A stretch of DNA of 61,722 nt from Chloroflexota bacterium (GTDB taxonomy: Bacteria > Chloroflexota > Dormibacteria > CF-121), in contig VBHC01000123.1 of assembly GCA_005889535.1 (NCBI GenBank), forward strand, positions 1 through 61,722. The letters run 5' to 3'. Numbering within the stretch: the first letter of the stretch is position 1; the number at the start of each line of letters is the position of its first letter. Below are positions 9,554 to 19,354 of the stretch, in pieces. The position numbers were made by a program, and so were the translations under genes. Under the pieces are notes generated by a model, which saw only the letters and a list, made by a program, of their open reading frames with translations, was not told where the DNA came from and made no database searches.

Positions 9554-9900
9554 CGTTGGTCCCGAATCGCGACCCGCGGATCGCCGGGGCGTTTGACCTC
9601 GACAAGCCCCTCTACACCATCAGTGTTGCGTCGGAGATCCTCGAAACCCACCCCCGTACCCTGATGATGTATGAGGACCTGGGGCTGATCGAGCCCTACC
9701 GGACGGCCACCAACCGGCGGCGCTACTCGCAACGCAACGTGCGCAAGTTGCAGGTCATCCAGCAACTGACCCGGGAGAAAGGGGTTAACCTCGCCGGCGT
9801 CAAGTACATTCTGATGCTGCTGGAATCACTCAAGCGCGGCGCGGTCAAACCGCCGGAAGACCTCAAGCAGGTCTACGACCTGTACGAAGAGATTATCTAG
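9538..9900 (+). CDS. HspR-like MerR-family regulator (paralogue 3)
   Basis: LDKPLYTISVASEILETHPRTL...GVNLAGVKYI; start TTG 9538 or 9556. Confidence 0.9.
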   Translation: MGQGIALVPNRDPRIAGAFDLDKPLYTISVASEILETHPRTLMMYEDLGLIEPYRTATNRRRYSQRNVRKLQVIQQLTREKGVNLAGVKYILMLLESLKRGAVKPPEDLKQVYDLYEEII

Positions 9901-11864
9901 CTTGCGGCGATCGGGGGGTCGGCGTCCCGGTCGCCGGCCGATCCGGCAGACGAGTCCTCCCAGTCATGGGCTTCGGCGGCGGCGATCCGCGCGGCCACCC
10001 CCGACTCCTGGACTTTCGGCAAGGTGACAGTGGCCGGCTCGATCGCCTCTTCTTCGAGCAGCAGGCGGTCGAGTTCGTCGCCGTCGATCGTTTCCACCAG
10101 CTGTAAGTGCTCGGCAATCCGCACCAGCGTGGCTCGGCGCGTGTGGCAGATGTCGTATGCCTGACGATAGGCCGCATCGGTCAGCGCCTTCACCTCCGCG
10201 TCGACATCAGCGGCCGTCAACTCGGAGAAGAACAGGCTGTCGCCCTCACCCCGGCGGTGCAATGTGACCAGACCAAGCCGCTCGCTCATGCCAAACTCGC
10301 AGACCATCTGGCGGGCGATGCTGGTGGCCTGTTCGATATCCTGCTTCGCGCCGGTTGTGACATCGCCAAAGATGATCTCCTCAGCGGCCCGGCCACCCAT
10401 CGCCGACGCCATGCGGCTCATCAGCTCAGACTTCGAGGTCAGGTACCGATCCTTCAACGGCAGCTGGATGGTGACACCCAGCGCCTGGCCGCGTGACACC
10501 ACCGAGACTTTGTGTACCGGGTCGCTCTTCGCAATCGATTTCATCACCAGGGCGTGGCCGACCTCGTGGTAGGCGATGATTGACTTCTCCTCCGGCGTGA
10601 TCATCCGGCTTCGCTTCTCGGGTCCGGCCATCACCCGAAGGCTCGCCTCGTCCAGCTCCTGCCTGCCAATCGCGACCTTCTTGTTCCGGGCGGCGAGGAT
10701 GGCCGCCTCGTTAAGAAGGTTCGCCAGGTCGGCACCGGTAAAGCCCGGCGTCTGCCTGGCGACCAGATCGAGGTCGATATTTTCGGCCAGCGGCTTGTGC
10801 GCCGCATAGAGACTCAGGATCGCGCGCCGGCCATTGAGGTCGGGCGCGTCGATCGCCACCCGCCGATCGAAACGGCCGGAGCGAAGCAGCGCGGGATCGA
10901 GGACGTCCGGACGGTTCGTAGCCGCGATCACGACCACGGCGCAGTCCGTGTTGAACCCGTCCATCTCCACGAGCAGCTGGTTGAGGGTTTGCTCACGCTC
11001 TTCATTAGTACGGATCTGCGCACCGCCACGCTTGCGCCCGAGGGCATCGATCTCGTCGAGAAAGACGAGGCAGGGGGCATTTTTCTTCGCGTGCCGGAAG
11101 AGATCGCGGACGCGCGCCGCGCCCACACCGACGAACATCTCGACGAAGTCGGACCCGCTCAACGAGAAATACGGGACCTTCGCCTCACCGGCGACCGCCC
11201 GAGAGAGCAGCGTCTTGCCGGTGCCGGGTGGACCGACCAGCAGGATGCCACGCGGCATGCGCGCACCAAGCTTGCCGAAGCTGCTCGGCGCTTTGAGGAA
11301 TTCGACAACCTCTTCCAGCTCGTGCTTGGCTTCGTCGACACCGACCACCTGGGAGAAGGTGACCTGGTCGGCGTCGCCAGTACGGGCCTCGGCGAGATGC
11401 TTTGTCATGGCGCCCATCGGATTGCCCAGCAGGTTGGACCGCCTGAGCAGGATGAACAGCAACGCCAGCAGGACAAGCAGTCCCAGCAGGTTCGGCAGCA
11501 CGGCCGCGAACGAGGTTTCGTCGGTCGACTGAACCGCGACTTTGACGTTGTGGCTCCGCAGGTACTGCTCGGTCGTGCCCATGGAGGATTCTTTTTCGAT
11601 CGTCCACGACTGATGACCGGCCGTGTCCGTCAATACGATGCGCTGACCAGTGATGCTGGCGCCCAGGATCTCGCCGCGGTCGACGCGGTCGAGCACATCG
11701 CTGATCGGAACGCTGGGCTGGTTCCAGACGGAGTTGGCGCCGGCATGTCCGAGAAACCACAGACCACCGGTAACGAGAAGGACCAGGGCCAGGAGCGCGG
11801 GCACGAGCATCCATCGACGACGCAGCCCCGACAAGGCGCGAAGACGGCGAACAAGCCATTTCAT
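9897..11864 (-). CDS. ftsH: ATP-dependent zinc metalloprotease FtsH
   Basis: Two [15 protein letters not shown] pore loop, DEID, SRH, HEVGH. Confidence 0.95.
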   Translation of the reverse strand: MKWLVRRLRALSGLRRRWMLVPALLALVLLVTGGLWFLGHAGANSVWNQPSVPISDVLDRVDRGEILGASITGQRIVLTDTAGHQSWTIEKESSMGTTEQYLRSHNVKVAVQSTDETSFAAVLPNLLGLLVLLALLFILLRRSNLLGNPMGAMTKHLAEARTGDADQVTFSQVVGVDEAKHELEEVVEFLKAPSSFGKLGARMPRGILLVGPPGTGKTLLSRAVAGEAKVPYFSLSGSDFVEMFVGVGAARVRDLFRHAKKNAPCLVFLDEIDALGRKRGGAQIRTNEEREQTLNQLLVEMDGFNTDCAVVVIAATNRPDVLDPALLRSGRFDRRVAIDAPDLNGRRAILSLYAAHKPLAENIDLDLVARQTPGFTGADLANLLNEAAILAARNKKVAIGRQELDEASLRVMAGPEKRSRMITPEEKSIIAYHEVGHALVMKSIAKSDPVHKVSVVSRGQALGVTIQLPLKDRYLTSKSELMSRMASAMGGRAAEEIIFGDVTTGAKQDIEQATSIARQMVCEFGMSERLGLVTLHRRGEGDSLFFSELTAADVDAEVKALTDAAYRQAYDICHTRRATLVRIAEHLQLVETIDGDELDRLLLEEEAIEPATVTLPKVQESGVAARIAAAEAHDWEDSSAGSAGDRDADPPIAAS

Positions 11865-11884
11865 TGGTTCCTCAACCCCTCTCC

Positions 11885-13015
11885 TTAGTACGCAACCGGC
11901 TGGTCAGGTAGCGCGATCAGAGCCGTGCCGGCGATGCCGCCCGCGCGGTACCGCTGCCAGAACGGGTACGCGGTGATCGCCTGTTGCTCTTCCCCGGTCA
12001 CCCCGTTGTCCGCATTCGCCAGCCGGTAGTAAGACCAGCTGATCCCGCCCTGGGCGCGTGTCTCATCCATCGAGGTGACGATCTCATCCCCGGGTGGGGC
12101 ACCGGGCGTGCCATACTCGGGCGCGGCATCATAGGCTTGCGCCGTGATCGTCAGCGGGCGCTTGAACGGATTGACGCCCGGGTCGCGGAACTGTTGGAAC
12201 ACCTGGTCGACGTAGGCCCGAGCTCCGCCCGCACCGCTGTACTGCGGCAGGCCGGTGGCTCGCCAGTACACCATCGGGGCAAAGACCTGGCAATAGCGCG
12301 ACATGGTCGCGTAGGCGTAACCGGGGTGGTCATAGGGGGTTGGCAGGGTGCTCGCAATCAGCAGGTAGCGATCGCCGAGACCGTTCATGCCCTGGATCCC
12401 GCCGCGGATTCCCGACAGGTACTGGCCCACATTCGGGTCGGACGTGCTGTTCCCCTCGATCGTCAGCGCCAGGCCATCCAGGCGCTGGCCCTGCTCTTCG
12501 AACTGCGCCGCTGCCAGGGCATCGGCAGTGTCGGCGTTCGGGTCATCGAGCATGGGCTCGATCCAACCGATGATGCTGAGCCCATGCTGATGCGCGATGG
12601 GCAAGAGGTCCTGGAGGGCCGAAGCGCCGTAGAAGTGGTACCGCGAGTCGGCGATCCTTATATATAGGTGGCTGAGGTCAGCCCGGACGGCGGCATCGAC
12701 GATGGCCGCGGCCCGGTCGGCATCGGGATCGTTCCAATCACCGTTGAAGATCATCAGCCAGGCGCCTTTGCCCTTGACGCCGTCGAGCGGTGAGCGCGGC
12801 GCCTGGGCGAACGGCCGCGCCGTTACCGGCAGCTGGACGATCGCCGCGGTCGGGCGGCCGAAGCTGACGATCACGTGGCTGGCCTGTGCCTGCTCCTGGG
12901 CTCGAGCCTCCAGGTAGGCGCGCAGACCGAAAGGGGGCGTGAGGAGAGCGAATAGCGTCACTCCCAGCACAACCCTCCCTCCAAAGACCGTGACTTGCCG
13001 TAAGATGCGCGACAT
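11885..13015 (-). CDS. Membrane-anchored putative glycoside hydrolase-like (TIM-barrel) protein
   Basis: N-terminal TM; GKGAW, DGLALTIE, FAPMVYW, GISWSYY pattern. Confidence 0.5.
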   Translation of the reverse strand: MSRILRQVTVFGGRVVLGVTLFALLTPPFGLRAYLEARAQEQAQASHVIVSFGRPTAAIVQLPVTARPFAQAPRSPLDGVKGKGAWLMIFNGDWNDPDADRAAAIVDAAVRADLSHLYIRIADSRYHFYGASALQDLLPIAHQHGLSIIGWIEPMLDDPNADTADALAAAQFEEQGQRLDGLALTIEGNSTSDPNVGQYLSGIRGGIQGMNGLGDRYLLIASTLPTPYDHPGYAYATMSRYCQVFAPMVYWRATGLPQYSGAGGARAYVDQVFQQFRDPGVNPFKRPLTITAQAYDAAPEYGTPGAPPGDEIVTSMDETRAQGGISWSYYRLANADNGVTGEEQQAITAYPFWQRYRAGGIAGTALIALPDQPVAY

Positions 13016-13229
13016 GCTCCAAGGAACGGCTGCGACGCCGTTCGGGCGTGACACTAGCGGCAAGCTCGAGCGTGTTCAAGCGAGCGTCACGACGGCTAAG
13101 GTGATACGCCCCCGTACAGCCAATGGGTAGGCTTTTCCGGATCGTCACGCTGCGCACAGCGACGCCACAATTGACGCAAACGACGGCGGCCTTCGCTGTT
13201 TATCACAAATCCTGACATGTGGGCTATAA

Positions 13230-13565
13230 TTGTTTACAGCTTTCCATCCGGGAGGGCCGCAATTGGCAATGCCGCATAAGTCCAGCGAAGTCTCCGACAT
13301 GTTCGATATCGAGCCCCGTACGCTTTTCGTCTACGAAAGCGAGAATCTGATCGCCCCCGAGCGAACGCCGACACAGCGGCGGCGTTACTCGCGCCGCGAC
13401 ATCGAGCGGATCCGGCTCATTCGCGAATTGACCACGGTGCATGGCATCAACCTTGCCGGTGTCAAAGTCATTTTTTCTCTGATGGAGGCAGCGGTACAAA
13501 GCCGGCTGCAGATCCCAGAGAACGAATTTCCGGAGCTTGCCGGCGCCCGCCACCTCTGGGCCTGA
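13230..13565 (+). CDS. HspR-like MerR-family regulator (paralogue 4, diverged HTH)
   Basis: PRTLFVYE..NLIAPERT..QRRRYSRRDI...GINLAGVK; start possibly ATG 13269. Confidence 0.85.
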   Translation: MFTAFHPGGPQLAMPHKSSEVSDMFDIEPRTLFVYESENLIAPERTPTQRRRYSRRDIERIRLIRELTTVHGINLAGVKVIFSLMEAAVQSRLQIPENEFPELAGARHLWA

Positions 13566-13568
13566 GCC

Positions 13569-15131
13569 CTAGAGCGTTCCCTCGCGTCCGACCGGGAGTG
13601 TTTCCTCGCGGGCGGCTTCAGGATGCCGGGCGGCGAGGGGCTCCACCAGGTCCCGGATATCCTGCAGCTGCGCCGAGATCCAGCGGGCCACATCATTCTG
13701 CTGCACCACGGCCCGCATTTTCTCGGCGCGCCCGTGGCGTTCCACTGGGTCCATCAGCAGGGCGTGCTGCAGGGCCTGAGCAGTCGCGTCGACGTCAAAT
13801 GGATTGATCGTGATGGCCCACTCGCCAAGCTCCTCGTGGGTGCCGGCATTCTCGGAGAGCACCAGCGCACCGCCCCGGCGGTTCACCGTGATCCCCTCTT
13901 TCGCAACCAGGTTCATGCCGTCGTAGATCGGATTGACCAGGAGCACGTCGAACTGCTTGTAACCCGCCACCGCCCGGTTCATATCCTCACGAAGCTCGAG
14001 CCGAATAGGCTGCCAGTCATCGGACGCGAGGCGGCTATTGATCACCCTGGCCACCTGGAGGACCTGACGCGCGTATTCGCGGTATTCCGGCACGTTCTGG
14101 CGCGTCTTCTGCAGCATCGCCCAGAAGATGACCCGCCGCCGCCATTCCGGATGGGCTTGAAGCAGCCGCTCGTAGGCATAAAACCCGCGCACGATGTTCT
14201 TCGACAGGTCCATGCGGTCGACCCGATAGATCAGCTGCTCGGGACGCCAGCGTAGGATCTCCCGCTCGGCGCGCTCGACTCCCGGGCTGCCGGCGCTGCG
14301 CTCGAATTCCCGTACATCGATCGAGATGGGATAGCGACGCACCCATACCGTCCGGCCGCGATAGAAGGCGGTCTGTTGGCGGAAGTCGACGGGCAGCCCC
14401 ATGTTCTCTTCGCACGTCAGCAAGAAATTGCGAACGTCCGAATGCGTCTGTAGACCGATGATGTCGGCCGCCAGCAGGCCGTCCATGATCTCGTCCCGCA
14501 TGTATTGCGGCAGCACCTTCCAGTACTGCGGGGTGGGCCAGGGGATGTGAACGAAATGCTGTATCACCGCATCCGCCAGCTCGCGGCGCACCAACCGCGG
14601 CACGAGGTACAGGTGGTAATCATGCGACAGCACAAGCGGCCGCTTGCGACCGCGCCGCGCTTCGCGCACCACTTGCTGGGCGAACAGCTGGTTGACACGG
14701 CGGTAGCCTTCGTTCCAGGCCCGGTGCGTGCTGTCATCGAGAACGGGCGCTTCCGCCAGGTTCCAGAGGTAATGCTGGACGAACCAGAGCAGCGGGTTCG
14801 CAATCGCGTTGTAGTACAGGTCGTAGGCGAGGCGCGGTGGATTGACCCAGCTGACCTGGAAGCGGGCACCGTCCGCGGTCTCGACCACCATCGGCTCTCC
14901 GCCGCTCCCCAGGTCGAGCTCGCCTTCGAATCCATCCCGCGCCGAGGCCACCCACACCGCCCCGGTGGCCTGGGCAAGGCCCGAGAGCCCCGTCACGAGC
15001 CCGCCAGATCCCCGAACAAAGCGTTCTCGGTCGCCGGCGTCGGGCGCGAGGTCAACCGGCGGGCGGTTGGCTGCCACGATCGGATGAAAATCCTTGAGAA
15101 GGCGGCGGGTGTACTGCTCGATCGCCAGCAT
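13569..15131 (-). CDS. otsA: Trehalose-6-phosphate synthase / GT20 glycosyltransferase
   Basis: ANRPP, GGLVT, HDYHL, HFVHIPWP, VDRMDLSKN, DGMNLVAKE, LSENAG. Confidence 0.9.
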   Translation of the reverse strand: MLAIEQYTRRLLKDFHPIVAANRPPVDLAPDAGDRERFVRGSGGLVTGLSGLAQATGAVWVASARDGFEGELDLGSGGEPMVVETADGARFQVSWVNPPRLAYDLYYNAIANPLLWFVQHYLWNLAEAPVLDDSTHRAWNEGYRRVNQLFAQQVVREARRGRKRPLVLSHDYHLYLVPRLVRRELADAVIQHFVHIPWPTPQYWKVLPQYMRDEIMDGLLAADIIGLQTHSDVRNFLLTCEENMGLPVDFRQQTAFYRGRTVWVRRYPISIDVREFERSAGSPGVERAEREILRWRPEQLIYRVDRMDLSKNIVRGFYAYERLLQAHPEWRRRVIFWAMLQKTRQNVPEYREYARQVLQVARVINSRLASDDWQPIRLELREDMNRAVAGYKQFDVLLVNPIYDGMNLVAKEGITVNRRGGALVLSENAGTHEELGEWAITINPFDVDATAQALQHALLMDPVERHGRAEKMRAVVQQNDVARWISAQLQDIRDLVEPLAARHPEAAREETLPVGREGTL

Positions 15132-15196
15132 CGCTTGGTCTAACTCTACGCGGCATGCTCGAATGGCCCGGCTTCGGAAGCCGGGGCTTGCGCCGA

Positions 15197-15225
15197 TTGG
15201 CAATAAGTGATATCGTGGGTATAAA
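15197..15225 (+). promoter_or_regulatory. Putative sigmaA promoter of MerR paralogue 5
   Basis: TTGGCA-17 nt-TATAAA. Confidence 0.55.
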
Positions 15226-15269
15226 GTTACGGCTAAGCGGGGCCGGGGAATGCTCCGCGCTGGGGTGAC

Positions 15270-15617
15270 ATGGGAAAACGAAAGCGAATGCCGGCGATTG
15301 CCCCGGGTCGGGCTGTCTTCACGCCCAGCATCGCTAGCGAGATCCTCAACCTCCACCCGCGCACGTTGATGATTTACGAGAGCGAGAACCTGATCAAGCC
15401 GCAGCGCACGGCCACGAACCGTCGGCGGTACTCGGAAGACGATATCCGGCGAGTTCGCGTGATTCAGTTCCTCACCCGCCAGAAGGGTGTGAACCTCGCG
15501 GGGGTGAAGTACGTCCTGCATCTGCTGCAATCCCTGGGGAACCAGGGCCTCGACCTCAACCAGGTCCGCGAGCTCGACACGCTACAGGAGGTCTCCGGGA
15601 ACGGCCTCTCGGCTTGA
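15270..15617 (+). CDS. HspR-like MerR-family regulator (paralogue 5)
   Basis: FTPSIASEILNLHPRTL..YE...NRRRYS...GVNLAGVKY. Confidence 0.9.
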   Translation: MGKRKRMPAIAPGRAVFTPSIASEILNLHPRTLMIYESENLIKPQRTATNRRRYSEDDIRRVRVIQFLTRQKGVNLAGVKYVLHLLQSLGNQGLDLNQVRELDTLQEVSGNGLSA

Positions 15618-15734
15618 GTTCTAGCACTCTCCGTGAAAGTGCTTGACAGGGCTTGTGGACTATGTAACAGTGCATGTATCATCTTTCGTGGATCATGAAC
15701 TCGGTACATTCGCGTTAGTGAAGGGAGCAGGTAG

Positions 15735-16046
15735 ATGCTGAGCGACGCGATCGAGGAGATTCATCGTGAGTTTCAGGCGGCGGCCGACCGGCGGGACCAA
15801 GAGCTTCGCCGACGGGCGGACGTGCGACGGGTCGACGACTTCCTTCTCGCGATCGAAGACATCATCGAGAACCAGCGCGGGGCCGTCCCGGCCCCGCTGA
15901 TGGACGAGATCACCCGGTTTGTCCGGCCGCTGAGCCGTAAGCTGCTGCGGGCGCTCAACCGCAACGTGACCCGTGATCCGGTACGCGTGCTGGACGTCCT
16001 CTTCGACGTGCAGCAACTGCTCCTGCCGCGGTTGATGGTGGCATAG
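15735..16046 (+). CDS. Helical hypothetical protein
   Basis: GGGAG RBS; resembles 38665-39000. Confidence 0.7.
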   Translation: MLSDAIEEIHREFQAAADRRDQELRRRADVRRVDDFLLAIEDIIENQRGAVPAPLMDEITRFVRPLSRKLLRALNRNVTRDPVRVLDVLFDVQQLLLPRLMVA

Positions 16047-16187
16047 TCCGGAGCGAGGGGGGATCCTCCGGCTAGAAAACCGATAGGCGGCGCGCTCAAT
16101 AAGCCGGATAGCCGTTGCAGTTGAATCCGGACTGTGCGTCAAATAGCCTGTGCGGCCGGTCGAATTGATCCTATTGAGGTTGCCCTG

Positions 16188-17780
16188 ATGCCACAAGTAG
16201 CGGCCCGCAGCGGCGGGCTGGGCGCGAGGTTCCGTCGTCGCTGGTGGGTCCTCCCCATCGTTTTGCTGCTGGTTGCCGCCGGGCTGGTGCTGCGCGCCTT
16301 GACCACCCCGCTGGCCGTCAGCGCCAGTGTGGCCGACGGCGATCATGCCGTGGTCCGCGGTTCGGCGGTCATCCTGACCTTCAGTCAGGACATGGACGTG
16401 GCATCGGTCAAGCATGGCTTCCGGATCACGCCGTCCGTTCCTTACACGGTGCTGGTCAAGGACCCGCACACCTTCGAATTCCATGCTCAGCTCCAGGCCG
16501 ACACCGGCTATCGAATCCAGGTCGCTGGCGCCCGCAAAGCCATCGGCTTCGGGAGCCAGAACTACGGCGTCGCGTTTCACACGGAGCCGGCACCGAAGGT
16601 GACCGGAGCCAGCTTCAACGATGCCGCGCTGGCCGATGGCCAGCAGGCGGTCGCCCTGCATGGCACCCTCAAGGTCACCTTCTCGCAGCCCATGGATCCG
16701 GCCCGGACGCCGTTCTTGCTCGACGGCGCTCCGCTGGAGCCCAAGACGATCACCTGGGACAAGAGCAGCCTGACGGCGAGCGCCCTTCTTTCGCTCACTC
16801 ACAGCCGGACCCACACCCTGCTGGTGCCAAAGAGCGCGGCCAATCGCAAGCGAGATTCGGCGCTGGCCGATTGGAAGCTCAGTTTTACCACCATGGTGCA
16901 GGTGCCGTCGGCGGGCTCGACAGCCCGGATCGGCAGCTCGGGCGCACCGATCATCGTCCAGATCGAAAACAGCACGCAGACCACGGTTCGGCCCCAGACC
17001 GGCATGCAGCAGGCGGACATGATTTACGAGTACATCAGCGAGTTCGGGATACCGCGGCTTTCCGCGATCTACTGGCACCCACCGTCGAGTCTCATCGGTC
17101 CGGTCCGGAGCTGCCGCTTGATCACGGTCCAGCTGGAGCAGATGTACCGGGGCATGATCTATTGCTCCGGCGCCAACAACTACGTGCTCGGGCAAGTTTG
17201 GAAATGGCCGAACGTCGTCTACGACTACGCGTACATGTACGCCTATATGTACCGGGCTTCTGACCGCTACGCCCCGCACAACGTGATCGCCCGGCCTGAC
17301 CAAATTACGGCGCACACGGCGGGAGCCAACTTGCCCGCCCTGAGTTATGACATCGCTGCAGCGCACCCTGACGTGCCGCTGCCTGGCGCAATCCCGGCAA
17401 CCTCTGTGACCATCAAGCAGCACAGTGCCGTGTGGCGCTACGATGCCAACCGTCACGAGTACTTGAAGTGGCAGGATGGAGTACCCTTCACCAACGTTGG
17501 GACCGGGCAGGTGCACGCCAAAAATTTGATCATCGAGCGTGTGCCCTCGTATATCGATCGGAACCCTGCTAACACCGGGGTCCACGGCACCTACAACACG
17601 GAGTACTACGAACTGGCGGGTGAAGGCACGGCCGACATCTACTCGGATGGCGGGATGATCCATGCGACGTGGAAGCATCCCAACCGAGACCTACCGGTGG
17701 TTTACTACGATGCCAGCGGCAACCCGATCGACCTCAACACCGGGTTGACCTGGGTTCACGTCATAGGGAGTGATCAATGA
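16188..17780 (+). CDS. Membrane-anchored Ig-like (Big_5) + DUF3048 (YerB-like) protein
   Basis: TM; FSQDMD/FSQPMD Ig motifs; QIEN..RPQTG...AD..YE..E.GI.R, GPVRS.R, APHN, G.TWVH. Confidence 0.8.
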   Translation: MPQVAARSGGLGARFRRRWWVLPIVLLLVAAGLVLRALTTPLAVSASVADGDHAVVRGSAVILTFSQDMDVASVKHGFRITPSVPYTVLVKDPHTFEFHAQLQADTGYRIQVAGARKAIGFGSQNYGVAFHTEPAPKVTGASFNDAALADGQQAVALHGTLKVTFSQPMDPARTPFLLDGAPLEPKTITWDKSSLTASALLSLTHSRTHTLLVPKSAANRKRDSALADWKLSFTTMVQVPSAGSTARIGSSGAPIIVQIENSTQTTVRPQTGMQQADMIYEYISEFGIPRLSAIYWHPPSSLIGPVRSCRLITVQLEQMYRGMIYCSGANNYVLGQVWKWPNVVYDYAYMYAYMYRASDRYAPHNVIARPDQITAHTAGANLPALSYDIAAAHPDVPLPGAIPATSVTIKQHSAVWRYDANRHEYLKWQDGVPFTNVGTGQVHAKNLIIERVPSYIDRNPANTGVHGTYNTEYYELAGEGTADIYSDGGMIHATWKHPNRDLPVVYYDASGNPIDLNTGLTWVHVIGSDQ

Positions 17781-19342
17781 CCTGGATGCAAACACTACGT
17801 CAACGCTGGTGGCTGGCACCGATCGCCATCCTCCTGGTCGCGGCGGCCATCGTGATTCGCATCATCACCACGCCGCTCGAGGTCAACGCCAACGTCAACG
17901 ACGGTGACCAGGCGGTCCCCCGGACGGCCACGATCGACCTTCGCTTCAACCAGGACATGAAATCGGACTCGGTGCAGCATGCCTTCAGCATCAGCCCTGG
18001 CGTGCTGGTCGGCTTCAAGGCCGTAAGCGCCCGCGAGTTCCAATTCCGGCCGAAGATGGCGCCGAACACCTCCTACCACGTCAGCATCAAGGACGCCAAG
18101 AACACGTCGGGCCGGGGCGTCAGCAGTGGCTTTCGTTTCAAGACCGAGCCCGCGCCGGGCATTGCGAATGTCAAGGTCAACAACGAGAGCGTGAGCGACG
18201 GCCAGCAGGGGCTGAAGCCGACCGGTGCCATCCAGATCGGCTTCTCACAGCCGATGGACGGTGCCAAGACGCCGATCGCCGTGAACGGCAAGGCGTTCGA
18301 CAGCAAGAAGGTCAGTTGGTCCCACGACGGCAAGGCGGCGACGCTGGATTTGAAGCTCGGGCACAGCCACCCCTATCAGTTGTCGATTCCGCAGACGGCG
18401 GTCAATCGCAAGCAGGACCCGCTGGCAGCGGACTGGAAGTTCTCCTTCACGACAGTGATCGAGGTGCCGTCGCAGGGCGACCCGGCCAGGATCGGGGCAG
18501 GAGCCCCGACCATCATCCAGATCGAGAACAGCAGCGATGCGCGTCCACAGGCCGGCATGCAGCAAGCCGACATGGTCTACGAGTACATCAGCGAGGGCTC
18601 GATCCCGCGGCTCAGTGTGATCTACTGGCACCCGCTGCCCGACCTGGTTGGTCCGGTGCGGAGCTGCCGCCTGATCACCATCAGATTGGAGTTGATGTAC
18701 AAGGGGATGATTTATTGCTCCGGGGCGAACGATTATGTCCTGGGGATGGTCTGGAAATACCCCAACCTGGTCAATGACTACAGCCGCGGCGCGGGAAACG
18801 TGTTTTATCGCGCCTCAGACCGGTATGCCCCGCACAACGTCATGATGCACGGCAACAACGTCACCGCCTTCACCGCCAGCAAGAACGTCGCGGCACCCAC
18901 CTATGACATCGCGCCCAAACATCCTGACGGAACCTTCACTGGTGACGCCGCTCCCCAAATCTCGGTCCCCGACCACGGAGCGACCTGGCAGTACGATCCC
19001 AATTCGAAGCAGTACTTCAAATCGCAGGACGGGCGGGCCTTCAACAACGTGGGCACCGGTCGGGTCCACGCCAAAACCGTGATCGTCGAATATGTCAACT
19101 CCTTCCTCGACACCAACCCGGCAAACAGTTTCCACGGCTATTTCACGGAGGCCTATGAGTTGACCGGCGACGGCCGGGCCGACATCTTCGTCGACGGCAT
19201 GGTGGTCCACGCCACCTGGCACCATCCGGATCCAAATGTCCCGGCGGTCTACCTGGACGCGAACGGAAACCCGATCGAGCTGGACAACGGGTTGACCTGG
19301 GTCCATGTGATCGGCTCCCAGAAGTGGCACGGCGGCATCTAA
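17777..19342 (+). CDS. Second Ig-like + DUF3048 protein (tandem paralogue)
   Basis: Same motifs; ATGA overlap with upstream gene. Confidence 0.8.
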   Translation: MTWMQTLRQRWWLAPIAILLVAAAIVIRIITTPLEVNANVNDGDQAVPRTATIDLRFNQDMKSDSVQHAFSISPGVLVGFKAVSAREFQFRPKMAPNTSYHVSIKDAKNTSGRGVSSGFRFKTEPAPGIANVKVNNESVSDGQQGLKPTGAIQIGFSQPMDGAKTPIAVNGKAFDSKKVSWSHDGKAATLDLKLGHSHPYQLSIPQTAVNRKQDPLAADWKFSFTTVIEVPSQGDPARIGAGAPTIIQIENSSDARPQAGMQQADMVYEYISEGSIPRLSVIYWHPLPDLVGPVRSCRLITIRLELMYKGMIYCSGANDYVLGMVWKYPNLVNDYSRGAGNVFYRASDRYAPHNVMMHGNNVTAFTASKNVAAPTYDIAPKHPDGTFTGDAAPQISVPDHGATWQYDPNSKQYFKSQDGRAFNNVGTGRVHAKTVIVEYVNSFLDTNPANSFHGYFTEAYELTGDGRADIFVDGMVVHATWHHPDPNVPAVYLDANGNPIELDNGLTWVHVIGSQKWHGGI

Positions 19343-19354
19343 GCTAGCGGTGCG

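Noticed and set aside
15132-15530. N-terminal extension of otsA
   Set aside because: Antisense to MerR paralogue 5; GT20 motifs start after 15131
15621-15645. CIRCE-like inverted repeat CTAGCACTC...AAGTGCTTG
   Set aside because: Spacer is 7 rather than 9 nt, several mismatches, and no chaperone gene downstream
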